The notes beneath the pieces were generated by a model. That model ran no database searches and had not been told where the DNA came from. It worked only from the letters and a program-made list of their open reading frames with translations. A stretch of DNA of 64,000 bases from the human T2T-CHM13v2.0 reference genome, Homo sapiens: NCBI RefSeq assembly GCF_009914755.1, contig NC_060948.1. The stretch is one strand, 5' to 3'. Positions 1 to 22,895 of this stretch are shown piece after piece; the stretch's first letter is position 1, and the number at the start of each line of letters is the position of its first letter. The translations under genes and the position numbers were made by a program.

Positions 1-1227
<1,227 letters not shown>

Positions 1228-1899
1228 ATTCTAGTACACATAGTCATTTATCTGCTTTTTTTTTTTTTTCTAATCTTATGGTGACTACAATAAAATAGTG
1301 AACTGTAGCTAATAAGATAATGCGGTGTATTGGCAGATTTTCACTGTGTAAAAGTCCCTTTCAATCACGTGATTTCTTTACGGATTTCAAGGGAGCAACA
1401 CGAATGTCCAGAGTACAAACTAGTTTCTGTTGGAATTGAAAAAAATCTCTGATTTCAGTTTCACTACATATCTTGCAATGCTGAATCACTGACAAAAATT
1501 AGAACTATGAAGGTTTTGGTTCTTAAATCTGCTTCTACAAAAGTAGGCCAAAATTTGAAATCACGTGTGTTTGGTCTGTTAGTTTTCCATCTTTCACAAA
1601 ACATTCCACTGCATCAGAATCAAATTTGAAGACTGAGATTCATTTAATAATGGTTCAGTAACTGGTGTTTCTTCTTGCATTTAGGTATCACAAGTAAAAC
1701 GTCTGATTATTTCAACATTACACATTTTAAATAAAAGCCAGGAAGAATGACGGATGAAATTAATCCCATGAATTTGTAGTGACTTGCTGTTTGGTTTTTA
1801 CTTACTAGCGTTACTGTGTTTTCTGTCTTGAGAATACCAAAATAGTAATGCATTGTACCAAGCCTTCTAAAATAACTGCCTAAAAATGTAATTGAGTCC

Positions 1900-2243
1900 T
1901 TTTTTTGTTGTTGTTCTGTTCTGTTTGTTGTTGTTGTTGTTTGTTTGTTTGTTTTGAGACGGAGTCTTGGTCTGTTCCCATGGCTGGAGTGCAATGACAT
2001 GATCTCGGCTTTGGTAACCTCAGCTTCCCAGGTTCATGCAATTCTCCTGTCTTAGCTTCCTGAGGATCTGCGTTTACAGGACCCAGACACCACTACCGGT
2101 ACTGGCTAATTTTTTACATTTTTAGTAGAGAGTTTGTTTCACCACGTTGACCAGGATGATCTCAAACACCTGACCTAAGGACATCCACCTGGCTCAGCCT
2201 CCCAAACTGCTGGAATTACCGATGTGAGCCATCATGCCTGGCC
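1900..2243 (-). mobile_element. Diverged Alu (probably AluS) with (GTT)/(GTTT) microsatellite-degenerated tail
   Basis: gagacggagtc...gatgtgagccatcatgcctggcc is a reverse-complement Alu body; T-rich tail 1900-1955. Confidence 0.9.
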
Positions 2244-2779
2244 ACACCAATTCCTTTATTTCTTCATGGAATCAAACGTAGGTTGAAAATCATCTTTCCT
2301 AATACTTGTCAGTGCCTCAAGATTGTTAGGATAAATATAAAACTTCCAACCAAAGGATACTGGTTGACATCCAGAATTTTAAGAAAAGTTGTGAAATAAA
2401 ATATCCAGCTTCTGGCTCTTTCCTCGTGAGCATGCTCAATGTCTGGGAAATCCTTGGAACCTGGAAGAAAGGTAGAGCTGGGGTAGGTGGGGATGATCTA
2501 TGGAGCCACTGTCACTCTGGCAGCCACTGTTGCTCCTCAGGAAATGGCTTGGAGCCTCAGCCTTCAGAAGAAGTAACAGGGGCTCAGCAAGCAGTATTTT
2601 GTGCACCGGGTTTTCCATCTCCATATCTGTTTTGGTGATGTATCTACTCAGGTCTCTACTTATTAATTGGGTCATCTTATTTCTTTGTATATTTTGCATA
2701 GAAGTCACTTTTCAGATGTGTTTCCTAGATTTTTCTTAGCCTGAGGCTTGCTTTTTCAGTTCTCTTAACCAGAACATAG

Positions 2780-3025
2780 TTTTTGTTTGTTTTGTTTTGT
2801 ATGGTTTTGGTTTCTTCTTTTTTGTTTTCTGCTTTTTTTGAGATGGAGTCACACGTTGTCACCCAGCCTGGGGTGCAAAGGCGTGATTTCGGCCCACTGC
2901 AACATCTGTCTCCTGGGTTGAAGGGATTCTTCTGCCTCAGGTTCTGGAGTAGCATGGATTACATGTGCCTGCCAACAAGCCCACCTATTTTTTTTTTTTT
3001 TTTTTTGTATTTTTAATAGAGACGG
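2780..3025 (-). mobile_element. Alu right arm and linker, cut by the HML-6 LTR
   Basis: gagatggagtcacacgttgtcacccagcctgg...ttttgtatttttaatagagacgg ends abruptly at the TG terminus of the LTR (3026). Confidence 0.88.
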
Positions 3026-3474
3026 TGTGGCAGTCAGTTACTGCCACATGTCGTTACATGGGATGAAACGAAGGGGGTTGAATGCAGAAATGAAGACAGA
3101 GACAAAAAAGGTCTGTTTTAAAAGAAGGGTCGGGGGCTCATTGCTTCTAATCAGCAAAGGCCCTGAGCTTCTACAGGCCTTCATATTTATTAGGCAGAAT
3201 CAACAGGGAGGAAAGGTAATTGTTGGTCAGCTGCTTGATTTATCACAGGCTCATGTAATTGCTTTCTATATACTACAGGCTTCAGATGTTCCTATATATA
3301 ACCACAAGAAAGACTGTGCTTGGGGCATGACTGCCCTCAGCATTCCTTCTGACACCAGACGTGGTGTGTCAGGTTGCCAACATGCTGCTTTCATGAGAAC
3401 AGTTTCCTCTCTGCTCATAGACCCTCCAGTCATTACTGAGTTGGTCACGACCCTCATTCTTTTGGCCTCCAACA
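3026..3474 (-). mobile_element. LTR3-type 3' LTR of HERV-K(HML-6)
   Basis: Minus strand starts TGTTGGAGGCCAAAAGAATGAGGGTCGTGACCAACTCAG (LTR3 start) and ends ...CA. Preceded by polypurine tract AAAAAGGAGGAGA (3475-3487). Confidence 0.88.
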
Positions 3475-6400
3475 TCTCCTCCTTTTTATTTTTGCATTAA
3501 TTGAGTAAAGATCATTGCAGGCTGTGCAACTCTCCACTGCTGTTTGGTGGTCCAGCTGCTTTTACAGACAATGAACATAAAAGAGAGACATCAAAACGTT
3601 ACTCTGATAATCACAAAAAAGACATTTAGGTGATGTTTGGAGGAGGTCCAAACGCTAAGGCTCTCTAAACCTTGCTGGAATTCTGCCCAAGTTTTCAGAG
3701 ATGGCTGTATTACTTGAGTATGCTTTTTCAAGTTTAGAATTTTGCTTTGTAAATGAAGTTTCCATGGATATTCCCTTTGGTTTTATTCCAAATTGGTTAC
3801 ACAAATATGAGTATGCTTAAAATGACAATGCAATTGCTGACGCAACTGCAAGTTTGTTCTTGGTTTCCTAGCCACAGAACTGTAATCTTTAATTCTTTAA
3901 CATTGCTACTTCCATGTGTATCTCAGTGTTAAGTTAATTTTTAAGCATCCATGCCTGGTCGGCTGTACACATCCAATTTTCTATATATTGAGCTGTGATT
4001 TGAATGGAGCTGTACATTGCTACTAAGGACGCCACAACAGAAGTTATTAATGTACCTAAGGAGACTTTCAGAAAAATTTTCATGCCTAAGGCTCTACAAG
4101 CACAACGAATAAGCTGACTAAGAAAAAAGTTTACACAATGGAAACCAGAGGTGGCCACCCAAGCCTCAGGCAGATTTACAGGAATCCATAATCCGGGATT
4201 GTGACCTAGAATTACTAGGGTGGATATGCTGTATGTTTGTACTGTGCTATGATTAAGGGAATAATACAGTTGACAGGAATCACAAGTCAATCGGGCATCG
4301 TTTACCTGGAGTTGGTCCTCTTTGCTGCCAGAAAAACATAAGTTCAAAAACACAAATTGTAAATTGAGTGGTAATGTTTTCCACAACGGTAACATTAAAA
4401 CTGTGTTCAGCACAATTATTAAAATTAGATAGTGTTCCGACACAAATGCTGCCATTCATATAGTGGAGTGCTGCCTTCCCTATCGACTCCTGAGTTGGAC
4501 CTCTCTTTCCTTGGTAATGCCATTGAGGCAAAGTTGGGCTAAAGCCTGTTCCATGCCAAGTTAAACTTGCTGCAGATTGGGATTGAATCCCAGCGCAATG
4601 CAGTGAAGAGATGCTGACCAGTGTCAGCGAAGTTTATGCCATGAGGTCGGATTCTCATCTCTCCCATCTAAATGACCACAGGGACCTAGAAAATAATGTC
4701 TCCGATTAGCATGTACTCTTGTCTAGCTAGGGCACCAAGACACTGGGTCCAAGGAGGGGGGGGTAAGAATTATCAAAGAGAGCTCATTCTGTATAATTAA
4801 TACGATTTGGGGGATGGGGCTGGGAGAGATTAGTAGCTACACCGGTAATGGTAATAGAGCTAAGGCCTAATAGGTACATATTTTTTTTCGATGGTAAGTC
4901 AGCCATACTTGGGATTAATTTGCAAGGCCACTGCAGTTGAGTGATGTACGCTGTGTGACTCATGAAGGAAGTCCCTCCAATGGAGCAGCATAATTGATAA
5001 TCATTGTTCTGAGAGTCTAATAACTGTTTGTCAGGGGGTGTTAGGGGTCCTGGTGCCCATGCTTCATGATCATGATAGATGTCAGGGGGAGTGTCACTCC
5101 AAATTACAGTCCATAATACTGGGGGATTGGGAATATAGGCCCAATATGTTTTTGTCTCTGCACAAGGAAAACCTACTGCACAGGATGTTGCAGGTAGCAT
5201 GGCCATAAACGTGACATCGGGGGTGTTTGCCTGACCCTGGTGCTCCAGCAATTTCAACTGACTCATGCCTTGTAATGGAGGAGTCGGATTCATAGTTGGG
5301 ATCCATGGCTCTCTCCAGTCTTCCTTTACATGGTCACAAACACATTGAAGGCACCCCACACAGATTATCCGTCTCCTGTAAAAACACAAGCATACCCTCA
5401 TCCTTACATCAGTAAATCTCCTGAGCATTTCCATCGTCCTTAGGGGGATTTTCATAATATTTTTGGGTATACTTTACTTTTTCCCTATGACATTTACCAG
5501 TGTCGTTCTGCCATAGTCTTACTATCTGTGCCAGGAGTCAAAAAATTAAAGTAAATAAGTAAAAAAATTAATTAAAGTAAAAGTAAATGTATTTTGTTTG
5601 AGGTGGTAACTGATCTCTTGTTTCCCCTTTCGGTTTTTTTCAGCACACCTTGTAATGTTTGATTTGCCCGCTCTATAATTCCTTGTCCTTGGGGTTTGTA
5701 AGGAATTCCTGTTTTATGAGTGACTGACCATAGCTGTAAAAAATTTTAAAAAGCATGACTAACATAAGTGTGTCCATTGTCAGTTTTTAATTGTTTAGGG
5801 ACCCCCCGATATGAGCAAATGATGACAGACAATGTCATCACACATAACCAGCTGTGTGACCTGGTTTGCATGTAGCATGCCGCATATGAGAATAAGTGTC
5901 TGTAGTCACATGAACAAAGGAGAACTTACCAATGGCAGCTTTGTGAGTAACATCCATCTGTCAGATTTCATTTGAAGCTAAGTCTCATGGGTTACAGCCT
6001 TCTGTGAGTGTGACTCCAGTGACATGCTGGCAAGCAGGACAGGCTTGTACAGGCTGCAGCCTGGCTGTGAGGCAAATGAAACATACGAGTAAAGGCAGAG
6101 TTTTGATGCAGTAATATATGAGAAGGTTGAGCTTGTTGAAATGCAGAACAAACCAATTTATTGGCTCTATTGTTACCTAGAAATAGTGGTGTAGGGAGTT
6201 GTGTGGGAGAGCAAATATAAGAAATATAAAAAGCAGCACAAGAGCAAACAGCTTGTTAAAGTCTTAGAAACAAGTTAAACTGCTCTGGTTCCAGGGTGCT
6301 TTTAATAGTGGTCGTCCCAATATGACTGGCTACATTTACAACATAGGCTGAATGACAGAGAGTGTTAATAAGAGATGAACCAGTGAGCTCTAAAACCTGC

Positions 6401-7652
6401 ATAACTGCCATTAGTTCTGAGCGTTGATCTGAAACTCCGGGGTTTTTTATTGTTTGAGCATGCTTAGTACCATAAGTAGCTTTGCGACCTTTGGAAGAGC
6501 CACCAGTAAAATAGGTCTGGCTGCCTGAAATGGGCTTGTGATGAGGAATCACAGGGAAGATGAAAGGCTGAATTTTTAAAATTGCAAAATTTTGTCTGAG
6601 GGATAATGTTTATGTATTATTCCTACACAACCTGAAAGAGCAATTTGCCACACAGTCAACATTTCCCATGCTGCAGCCTGTTGCTGGGAATCCAATATTT
6701 CTCCTCATACTTGTAGACTGGCTCTAAAAGGAGAACAATAATTTTGTGTGGATCATATCTCTTAAGCATTTTTGATCTATCCCTACCCCTTGTTATAAAC
6801 TGAGTAGTTAAAGAAAGATAAACTTGCAGAGATTTTACTCTCTGATTGAATTTCAAACAAAGCCATTCTATTACAATTACATATTTTTCTATGATCTGGC
6901 CTAAAAGTCCTGTTGGAGAATGGGGGGTAGAGAGAAAAAAGGGAACCAAGGGATTTTGTGGCTGTAGCCAGGAGGCATGTGTTTGCTGAAGAATCTACTC
7001 TACAAGCTGTAACTCAGCTTCAGCCTCCTTAGACAAACCAGCAACTGGGTTGTCTCCTAAGCCCATTGCTCCTAATGAAGAATTTCCATGGAGTGCCTGA
7101 GTGTTTGAGTTGATGAGTAGCAATACCTAGGATTGGGCACAGCCAATTTATATCTCCTAATAGTTGTTGGAAATCACTGAAGGTTTGTAATCTGTCCCTA
7201 CAGAGGACTGCTTTCTGAGGTCAAACATTTGTTTCAGTAGCAATAGTGCCTAAGTATTGGTATGGGGAGGTTGCTTCTACCTTTTGTTGAACTATTTTGA
7301 GATGTCCCCCTGTTTTGCTTCTCTCAGCAATTGGTGTAATAACTCTTCCATTGGAGCAGCCAAAAGAATTTCATCCATATAATGAATTATGTAGGCAGTA
7401 GGAAATATATTACGAGGCTCCTTTAAGGACTGTCCTACAAAACGCTGAAATAGCGTAGGACCGGTGAGCATGCTTTGGGGTGAAACTTTGCTTATCCTTC
7501 TCATGTAAGGGTACAGTAAGGAAATAATCTTTGAGATCTGCTACGATGGGAGGTGAGTCACTTGGAATGGCTGCCAGGAACGGCAGACCTTGCTGTAATG
7601 CACCCATTGATTTAATCTGTGCATTAATAGCTCTCAAATCATGTAGCAACTT
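3475..7652 (-). mobile_element. Defective HERV-K(HML-6) internal region: pol (RT, RNase H, IN) and env; gag, pro and 5' LTR missing
   Basis: Fragments LHDLRAINAQIK..GALQQGLP and YIIHYMDEILLAAP (betaretroviral RT, YMDD degenerated to YMDE); YFTGGSSKG..QRSELMAV (RNase H); TYWAYIPNPP..WAPGPLTPPD (HML env SU). Many stops and frameshifts. Confidence 0.9.
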
Positions 7653-7709
7653 GCTGGCAAATCGGTCTGCTTTTATATACTAAAATTTTGCTGAAACCTT
7701 ACACTTGTG

Positions 7710-8185
7710 TTGATACATATGTATATGTATATGTGTATATATATCTCTATATGTGTGTATATATATACATATACACATACACACATATGTATGTGTGTAC
7801 ATATATGTATGTAATATGCACATATGTAATATGCACATATGTAATACCCAGAGTTTCTGGATGTACACATATACACTCTGGTATGTGTGTATAGATGGTA
7901 TGTGTATATGTAGGTATATACGTATACACATACACATATGTATGTGTATATATAACACGTGTATATATACACACATATATGCACACATACAGACACACAT
8001 ATAAGTGAGTGTGTATATTTACATATATATGCATGCTCTGTCTATAAATGTGTTTATATATACACATACAAACATATATATTACACACATATATACATAT
8101 ACACACGTGTGTGTATATGTATATATGTGTATATATGTATGTCTATATATGTTTATATATATATAATTCCTCACACATATATAAA

Positions 8186-8251
<66 letters not shown>
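7710..8251. repeat. Compound (TA)n/(TATG)n/(CA)n low-complexity microsatellite tract
   Basis: Directly visible, including a pure (CA)n run ~8189-8235. Confidence 0.97.
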
Positions 8252-8829
8252 ATTCGTTGTTTGTCTCCTAAGCCCATTCAACCCAAAACCTTCCAGGTAT
8301 GTGGGAAGCTTAAGAGAGATTATGCAGTAGTTAGATGGCAGCAAGAGTCTTTAATAGAGTTTGAGTCTTTATACTATCCCTGGCTTCCCTTACTGTGGTC
8401 CTAGCAAAACATTGACATCCTCGTAAATAATAGGGACTGACTTTGAAAATTAACATTCTCTTCTTATTTAGATATCAATGTAGCTGGATGTAGAACAGCT
8501 GCCTCAAAAAAAAAAAAAAAAAAAAAGAGATTCCATTCTTTTCCTTCTTTTATAAAAACTTCAGCAATGAGGTTGGAATTTGTCTCTCAAGGGCAGCTTC
8601 TTTTTGACTGTTGAAAGTGGAGATTTTCTGCTTACAGATGGGACATAGAGTCTTATAATTATTAGCGGGACATGGGAGGAAGAGAAAGTTAGAAACTAGA
8701 CGTTTTGGGCAAAGGGCTGACAAGGCTCTACACAGAGAAAAATCCTATCTTACTAGGTGGCAGTGTAGGATCTGAAAAATTAGATAAAAACTCTGATTCC
8801 AAACACTTTTCTGTCAAAAGTTAGAGAAC

Positions 8830-15196
<6,367 letters not shown>

Positions 15197-16170
15197 ATTC
15201 TTCCATCGTTTTATTTTGAGGCTATGTGTGCCTTTGCACGTCAGATGTGTCTCCTAAATAAAGCACACTTAGTGTATTTATATTTAAGATTAATATTGTT
15301 ACGTGTCAATTTGACCATGATATGGTGATGCTAGCTGGTTATTTTGCATATTCTTGATGCAGTTTCTTCATAGTGTTGTTGGACTTTTTATTTGTTATTT
15401 TTTGCAGTAGCTGTTACCAGATGTCCCCTTACATATTTAATGTTCCCTTTAGGAACTCTTGTAAGGCACTCATGGTGGTGACAAAATGTTTGTACACTTA
15501 ACTTGTCTGAAAATTATTTTATTTCTCCTTTGGCCATAAAGCTTAGTTTGGATGGCTATAAAATTCTGGTCTGAAAATTCTTTCCTTTAAGATCGGTGAA
15601 TATTTGCCACCTCTCTCTTGTGGCTTGTAGGGTTTCTGCAGAATTATCTGCTGTTAGTCTAATGGGCTTCCCTTTGTAGATAACCTGATCTTTCTCTCTG
15701 GCTGCTCTAAACATTTTTTTTTCCTTTTTTTCTACCTTGGAGAATCTGCCAGTTATGTGTCTTGGGGGTTGTCTTCTCATGAAGTATCTCAGTGGTGTTC
15801 TCTATATTTCCTGAATGTGTACATTGGCCTGTCTTTGTAGGTTGTGGAATTTCTCCTGAATAACATCCTGAAGTTTGTTTTTCAAGTTGGTTCAATTGTC
15901 TTCATCACTTTTGGGTACACAAATCAATCACAGGTTTGGTCTTCTCACATAATCCCATATTTCTGAGAGGCTTTGTTTCTTCCTTTTCATTCTTTTTTCT
16001 CTAATCTTGTCTTCATGCTTTATTTCATTAAGTTTATCTTCAATCTGTGATATTCTTCCTTCTGCTTGATTAATTCAGCTATTGATCCTCAGGTACGTTG
16101 TGCAAAGTTCTTGCCCTGTGTTTTTTAGCTCCGTCAGGACATTTATGTTTTCCTCTAAACTAGTTATAAT
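15197..16170 (-). mobile_element. Older L1 (L1PB or older L1PA) ORF1 region and ORF2 start, degenerate
   Basis: ORF 15556..15780 PRHITGRFSKVEKKEKKMFRAAREKDQVIYKGKPIRLTAD is L1 ORF1p-like. Confidence 0.88.
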
Positions 16171-16182
16171 CATAATTATTAC

Positions 16183-16301
16183 TATTTTTGAGACGGAATC
16201 TCACTCTGTCACCAGCCTGAAGTGCAGTGGTATCAACTCAGCTCACTTCAACCTCCACCTCCCATGTTCAAGTGATTCTCCTGCATTAGCATCCTGAGTA
16301 G
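16183..16301 (-). mobile_element. Alu right-arm fragment
   Basis: tttttgagacggaatctcactctgtcaccagcctg...tcctgagtagc, fused to MER52 sequence. Confidence 0.85.
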
Positions 16302-17242
16302 CCTCTCTTCACTGAGAGTTGTACACTTCTTGGTATTGCACGTCAGCAGATAGATTTGTCTTCTCTCAACTTAAAGCTGAGGACACATCTCAACAACCTT
16401 CCTGCATATAGAAGCTACCCACTCTAAAAAATCTCCTCTCCACTGAGGGCTTCAGAGACATTGTAGCAACCTGTCAGCCAATGGCACTTGGTCACTCTAG
16501 GTATTCTCTTAACTGAGTGTTGTGTGGTTGTAGGTATGTCCTGTTTGTGAAATGGAGTTACCTCCTTTCTGTCTCCTGAGAGCTGTACCTTCACTCAGTG
16601 CAGCTTCTATTTACCTTAATTATTCTCCAGTTGCCCACAAAGCTTATTCTTCCTAGGCATGGGACAAGAACTCAGAACCCACTTAAGGGCAAAACTATAA
16701 GATTAGTAACAAAAACTGGTCTGAAACACACAAACCCCCACTTGTCACATTTCTGATTACTGGGATTTAAAAAATAAAAAAGGATAGAAGAGGTTCAGTC
16801 CTTAAAGGAGCCCAGACTTAAACATTTTCAAAGCCAGGGCTGTGACACCATTTTGGGGGCTTTGCAGTTTCTGGCATTTTTAAGCTTCTGGATGCCGTTG
16901 TATTTCTGAGCAGTGAGGAAAAAAAGGCTTTTGCTATGCTGATTCAGCCAAAGGCTTGCAGGGAGCTGGCACCACCTGGGCTTTCTCACCTTATCATAGC
17001 CAACATGCTCAGCTGTGTGAAGTGGCTGGACTCAACAGTCGCTCACTCAGGCTTCTCTCTCTGCTCTGGGTCTGTCTCACCCACAGTAAAAATAGAATCT
17101 GAGCACATAGTTTGAGGTGAGTGCAACCTGTCAAAATGAGTGGCAAATTTAGCCCAGCAGGCCCAAGAGAAATTTTGGCAAAGGTGCTACCATCCACTGA
17201 GATTTTTGGCTGGGAAAGCGATAGTCTATAGATCCTGCAACA
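16302..17242 (+). mobile_element. MER52-family (ERV1) LTR, 5'-truncated
   Basis: Repeated ctctc..ctgagag units; terminus ...gagatttttggctgggaaagcgatagtctatagatcctgcaaca matches the MER52 3' end; similar to the copies at 31.7 and 48.6 kb. Confidence 0.75.
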
Positions 17243-17249
17243 AAAGTCA

Positions 17250-17375
17250 CTGTGATCACCAAGGACCAGTAGATTATTCAATCATGCCCATGTAATGGAG
17301 CCTGCATAATAACCCAAAATGGCAGGCTTCAGAGAACTTCTGGAAATCTGAACTTATAGAGTATCCTAGACAATT
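17250..17375 (+). mobile_element. MER21-like LTR fragment
   Basis: tcaatcatgcccatgtaatggagcctgcataataacccaaaatggcaggcttcagagaacttc resembles the MER21 consensus as I recall it. Confidence 0.55.
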
Positions 17376-17963
17376 GTGTGCACATAAAACCAGACATTAA
17401 TCATTTTAAATGTCTAAGAATATGTACGTGTTTTTCCTTTGTTTTGAAGGAAGTTTCTGCATTTAATCATGTGTGCAGAATTTTAGCTTACTAAATAGAA
17501 TATAATCTAAGTTAATCTAAAAAGCACACTTTATGACCATTAAAACTTAGATATTTCTACCTAAATGATTCCATGATTGACTAATCCTGCTCAAGGTTTC
17601 CTTTAAAGAGGTAGTTCTTTATTCATGTTAACAGTGTAAGATCTAGAGCCTTATGCAAAAAACAAAATACAAATCAACTGATATCTCAGCAAAAGTTCTA
17701 ACCATATGTTCAGTTTAGAATTTTGTGTCTCTGAGATATTTGTGACTTGGTAAATTCAAATCACCATCTCAGTTGTTTTTGTGTCTCTGTTTAGGGGAGG
17801 GCAGCAGAAACTGCCTCATACCCCATTAGACTCTGCATTCTAGGATACTTAAAATTAAATAATAATAATAATAAACACTATTACAGACTTTCAGTCATCC
17901 AAGTCTAACAAAAAACAATTCTAGTCTTTTATATACTAGTAGCCATAGATAAAAATTAGAGCT

Positions 17964-18303
<340 letters not shown>

Positions 18304-18545
18304 TTATATTTGGGCTTGTGCATAAAGTAATGATATTTGGACAAAAAAAGCTGTTTCATTATTTATTTTACAGTTACAGTGCTTGAAGTGAATTGATAAT
18401 ATTAAATAAGTACCTTGGATATTTTCAGTCTCCTTTCAAGCCTTATCTATGGTTGAAATTGTTTTGGGCTATGAACATGGATTAGGGCATCTTGCAGCTA
18501 ACGATGTATGCCGCTTAGCTCAGTTCTTGGGTCCTGAGCAGATAA

Positions 18546-20457
<1,912 letters not shown>

Positions 20458-21028
20458 AAGGAAAGAGAAGGTATTGAAGCAGCTGCTGTGTCATCTTTCT
20501 TTCAGTTGAGTGTCTACATAGTCACTGCATTCTGCCTCCAGTGCTTCAGCAGATCTTGGGTACAGATGAGCCTCTTCCAGTTTGTGGCCTGTGGTGTAGA
20601 AAGAGATGTGTGAAGAAGCAACTATGCTATGTCCCTTAGGCTCTCTACATTTACTCCATGGTTGGACAGCTCAGGCTTCCTTTTACGGTGCCAAGATGGC
20701 CCACTATGTAGTCTCAGCTAAGAGCAGCTGAATCCACTACTCTTAATTTGCTGGTATAGTGCAGAAAGCTTCTACCTGCCTGGTACTTTTCCTTTGTGGC
20801 TCTTCTAATGATTACATTAAACATTCTAAAGTTAAAACACTTCTAAATTCATGTTAGTTTACTCTTGCTACCATAAAAAAAGGGGGGGGTTTATAGCACA
20901 ACCCCTTCTATTTCACCTATTGAGTTCGCAAAATTATACCTTTAGGCACCGTATGCCAGAAACACAAGCTAGTGAGTTTCTAAAATATATAATAGTGACT
21001 TAATTATGTGGAAAACCAATTGTGGAGG

Positions 21029-21161
21029 TGCATTTTTTTTATCTTTTATATTTATTTATTTATCTTTTCCTTAATCTTTACTTATTCACACTGCTGCATT
21101 TTTTTATCTTTTATATTTATATATTTATCTTTTCCTTAATCTTTACTTATTCACACTGCTG
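21029..21161. repeat. Near-perfect tandem duplication of ~66 bp
   Basis: tgcattttttttatcttttatatttat..tttatcttttccttaatctttacttattcacactgc occurs twice head to tail. Confidence 0.92.
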
Positions 21162-21774
21162 TTTCATGTCTATTCATTTTATCCTAAAATACACCATAAA
21201 GCATTTCTTAAAGGGTAGTCTACTGGTAAAAGACTGCAGCTTTTACATGGGAATTTTATAATATCTCTCTCACTTTTGATGGGCATTTAGTGTAAACATG
21301 AGATTTCTGTTAAAAGTTTTTTTCTTACAGCATTTGGAATATATTAGTCTACTACTTTCTGACCTCTGAATTTTCAGAAAAGAAATCCACTGATTACTCA
21401 TGGGGGTTCTTTTTACATGACCAGTCACTTCTCTTGCTATTTTCAAGTTTCAAGTTGTTTTTGTTTTAGACAGGTTAATTATCAAGTAAGTTTGAATGTA
21501 TTTGAGTTTATGCTGCTTGGAGTTTGTTGAATTTCTTTGGTGTTTATTTATTTCCTCAAATTTATGACCTTCCTGACCACTACTGTTTTAGTCTCCTTTA
21601 GGAGGACTGCTTGATGGTGTTCCACTGGTTTCTAGGTTGTTTTCACAGTTATTTATTTATTTATTTATTTGTTTATTCCCTTCTTGACTTAACAATTTCA
21701 ACTGCCCTTTTCTTAGATCTGCTGATAGTTTGTTCTTCTATCTTCTCAAGTGTCCTTTTAAATCTCTGTAGAGA

Positions 21775-22064
21775 TTTTTTTTTTTTTTATTGAGTTTTGC
21801 TCTGTCACCAGGGTGGAGTTCAGTGAGGCAAACTTGGCTGACTGCAACCTCTACCTCCTGATTTCAAACAATTATCCTGCCTCAGCCTCTCAAGTAGCTG
21901 GGACTACAGGCTCATGCCACCACACCCTGCTAATTTTTGTATTTTTTAGTAAAGACAAGGTTTCACCATATTGGCCAGGATAATCTTCATCATTTGACCT
22001 CATGATCTAACCGACTTGGCCTCCGAAAGTGCTAAGATTGCAGGCGTGAGCCACTGTGCCAGGC
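21775..22064 (-). mobile_element. Alu (AluSc-like)
   Basis: Reverse-complement Alu ending ...gcaggcgtgagccactgtgccaggc. Confidence 0.9.
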
Positions 22065-22107
22065 TGTAGTAAATTTTAGTGACAGTTGTTTAACTTTTCA
22101 GCTCCAG

Positions 22108-22309
22108 ATATATATGTATAGGTATATATATAATATATATACACACACACATATATACACATATATATTTATATTATATATTAAATAAAATATATTATAT
22201 ATAATATAGAAATATATTTTTATGTATTCTATATATGTAAACTAAAGTCTAACATAATCTAAAGTCTAAGATATATGTATATATAGATTAGATAGATAGA
22301 CAGATATAT

Positions 22310-22341
<32 letters not shown>
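22108..22341. repeat. (TA)-rich tract followed by (AG)n
   Basis: Directly visible; pure (AG)n 22311-22340. Confidence 0.93.
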
Positions 22342-22343
<2 letters not shown>

Positions 22344-22525
22344 TACTGAACCTGGCCTAGAATTTCCTTCTTAGTTTTACTGTAAGTTTACTTTATTGTA
22401 AGTTTTGTTTATTGTAAGTTTACTGTCTATTAATAATTTTTTTATATTCATGGCTTTCTGTGCTTTTCTTCATTGCATTAGCTTTCTAAAAAAATCATTA
22501 AATTTAAAAGTTATTTTTTAGTTAG

Positions 22526-22895
<370 letters not shown>

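Noticed and set aside
3027-3500. 157-aa ORF on +
   Set aside because: Antisense to LTR3 with a GTG start and no recognisable protein similarity.
4784-5455. 223-aa ORF containing part of HML-6 env
   Set aside because: Partial and frameshifted; the N-terminus is out-of-frame integrase-region sequence, the rest of env is broken, and there is no 5' LTR promoter.
7673-8404. Cluster of overlapping Y/I/H/C/V-rich ORFs
   Set aside because: Translations of a (TA)/(CA) microsatellite that lacks stops in several frames; not genes.
8252-8829. Possible ERV1-class internal or leader fragment
   Set aside because: Composition is suggestive but I cannot assign a family or motif; needs RepeatMasker.
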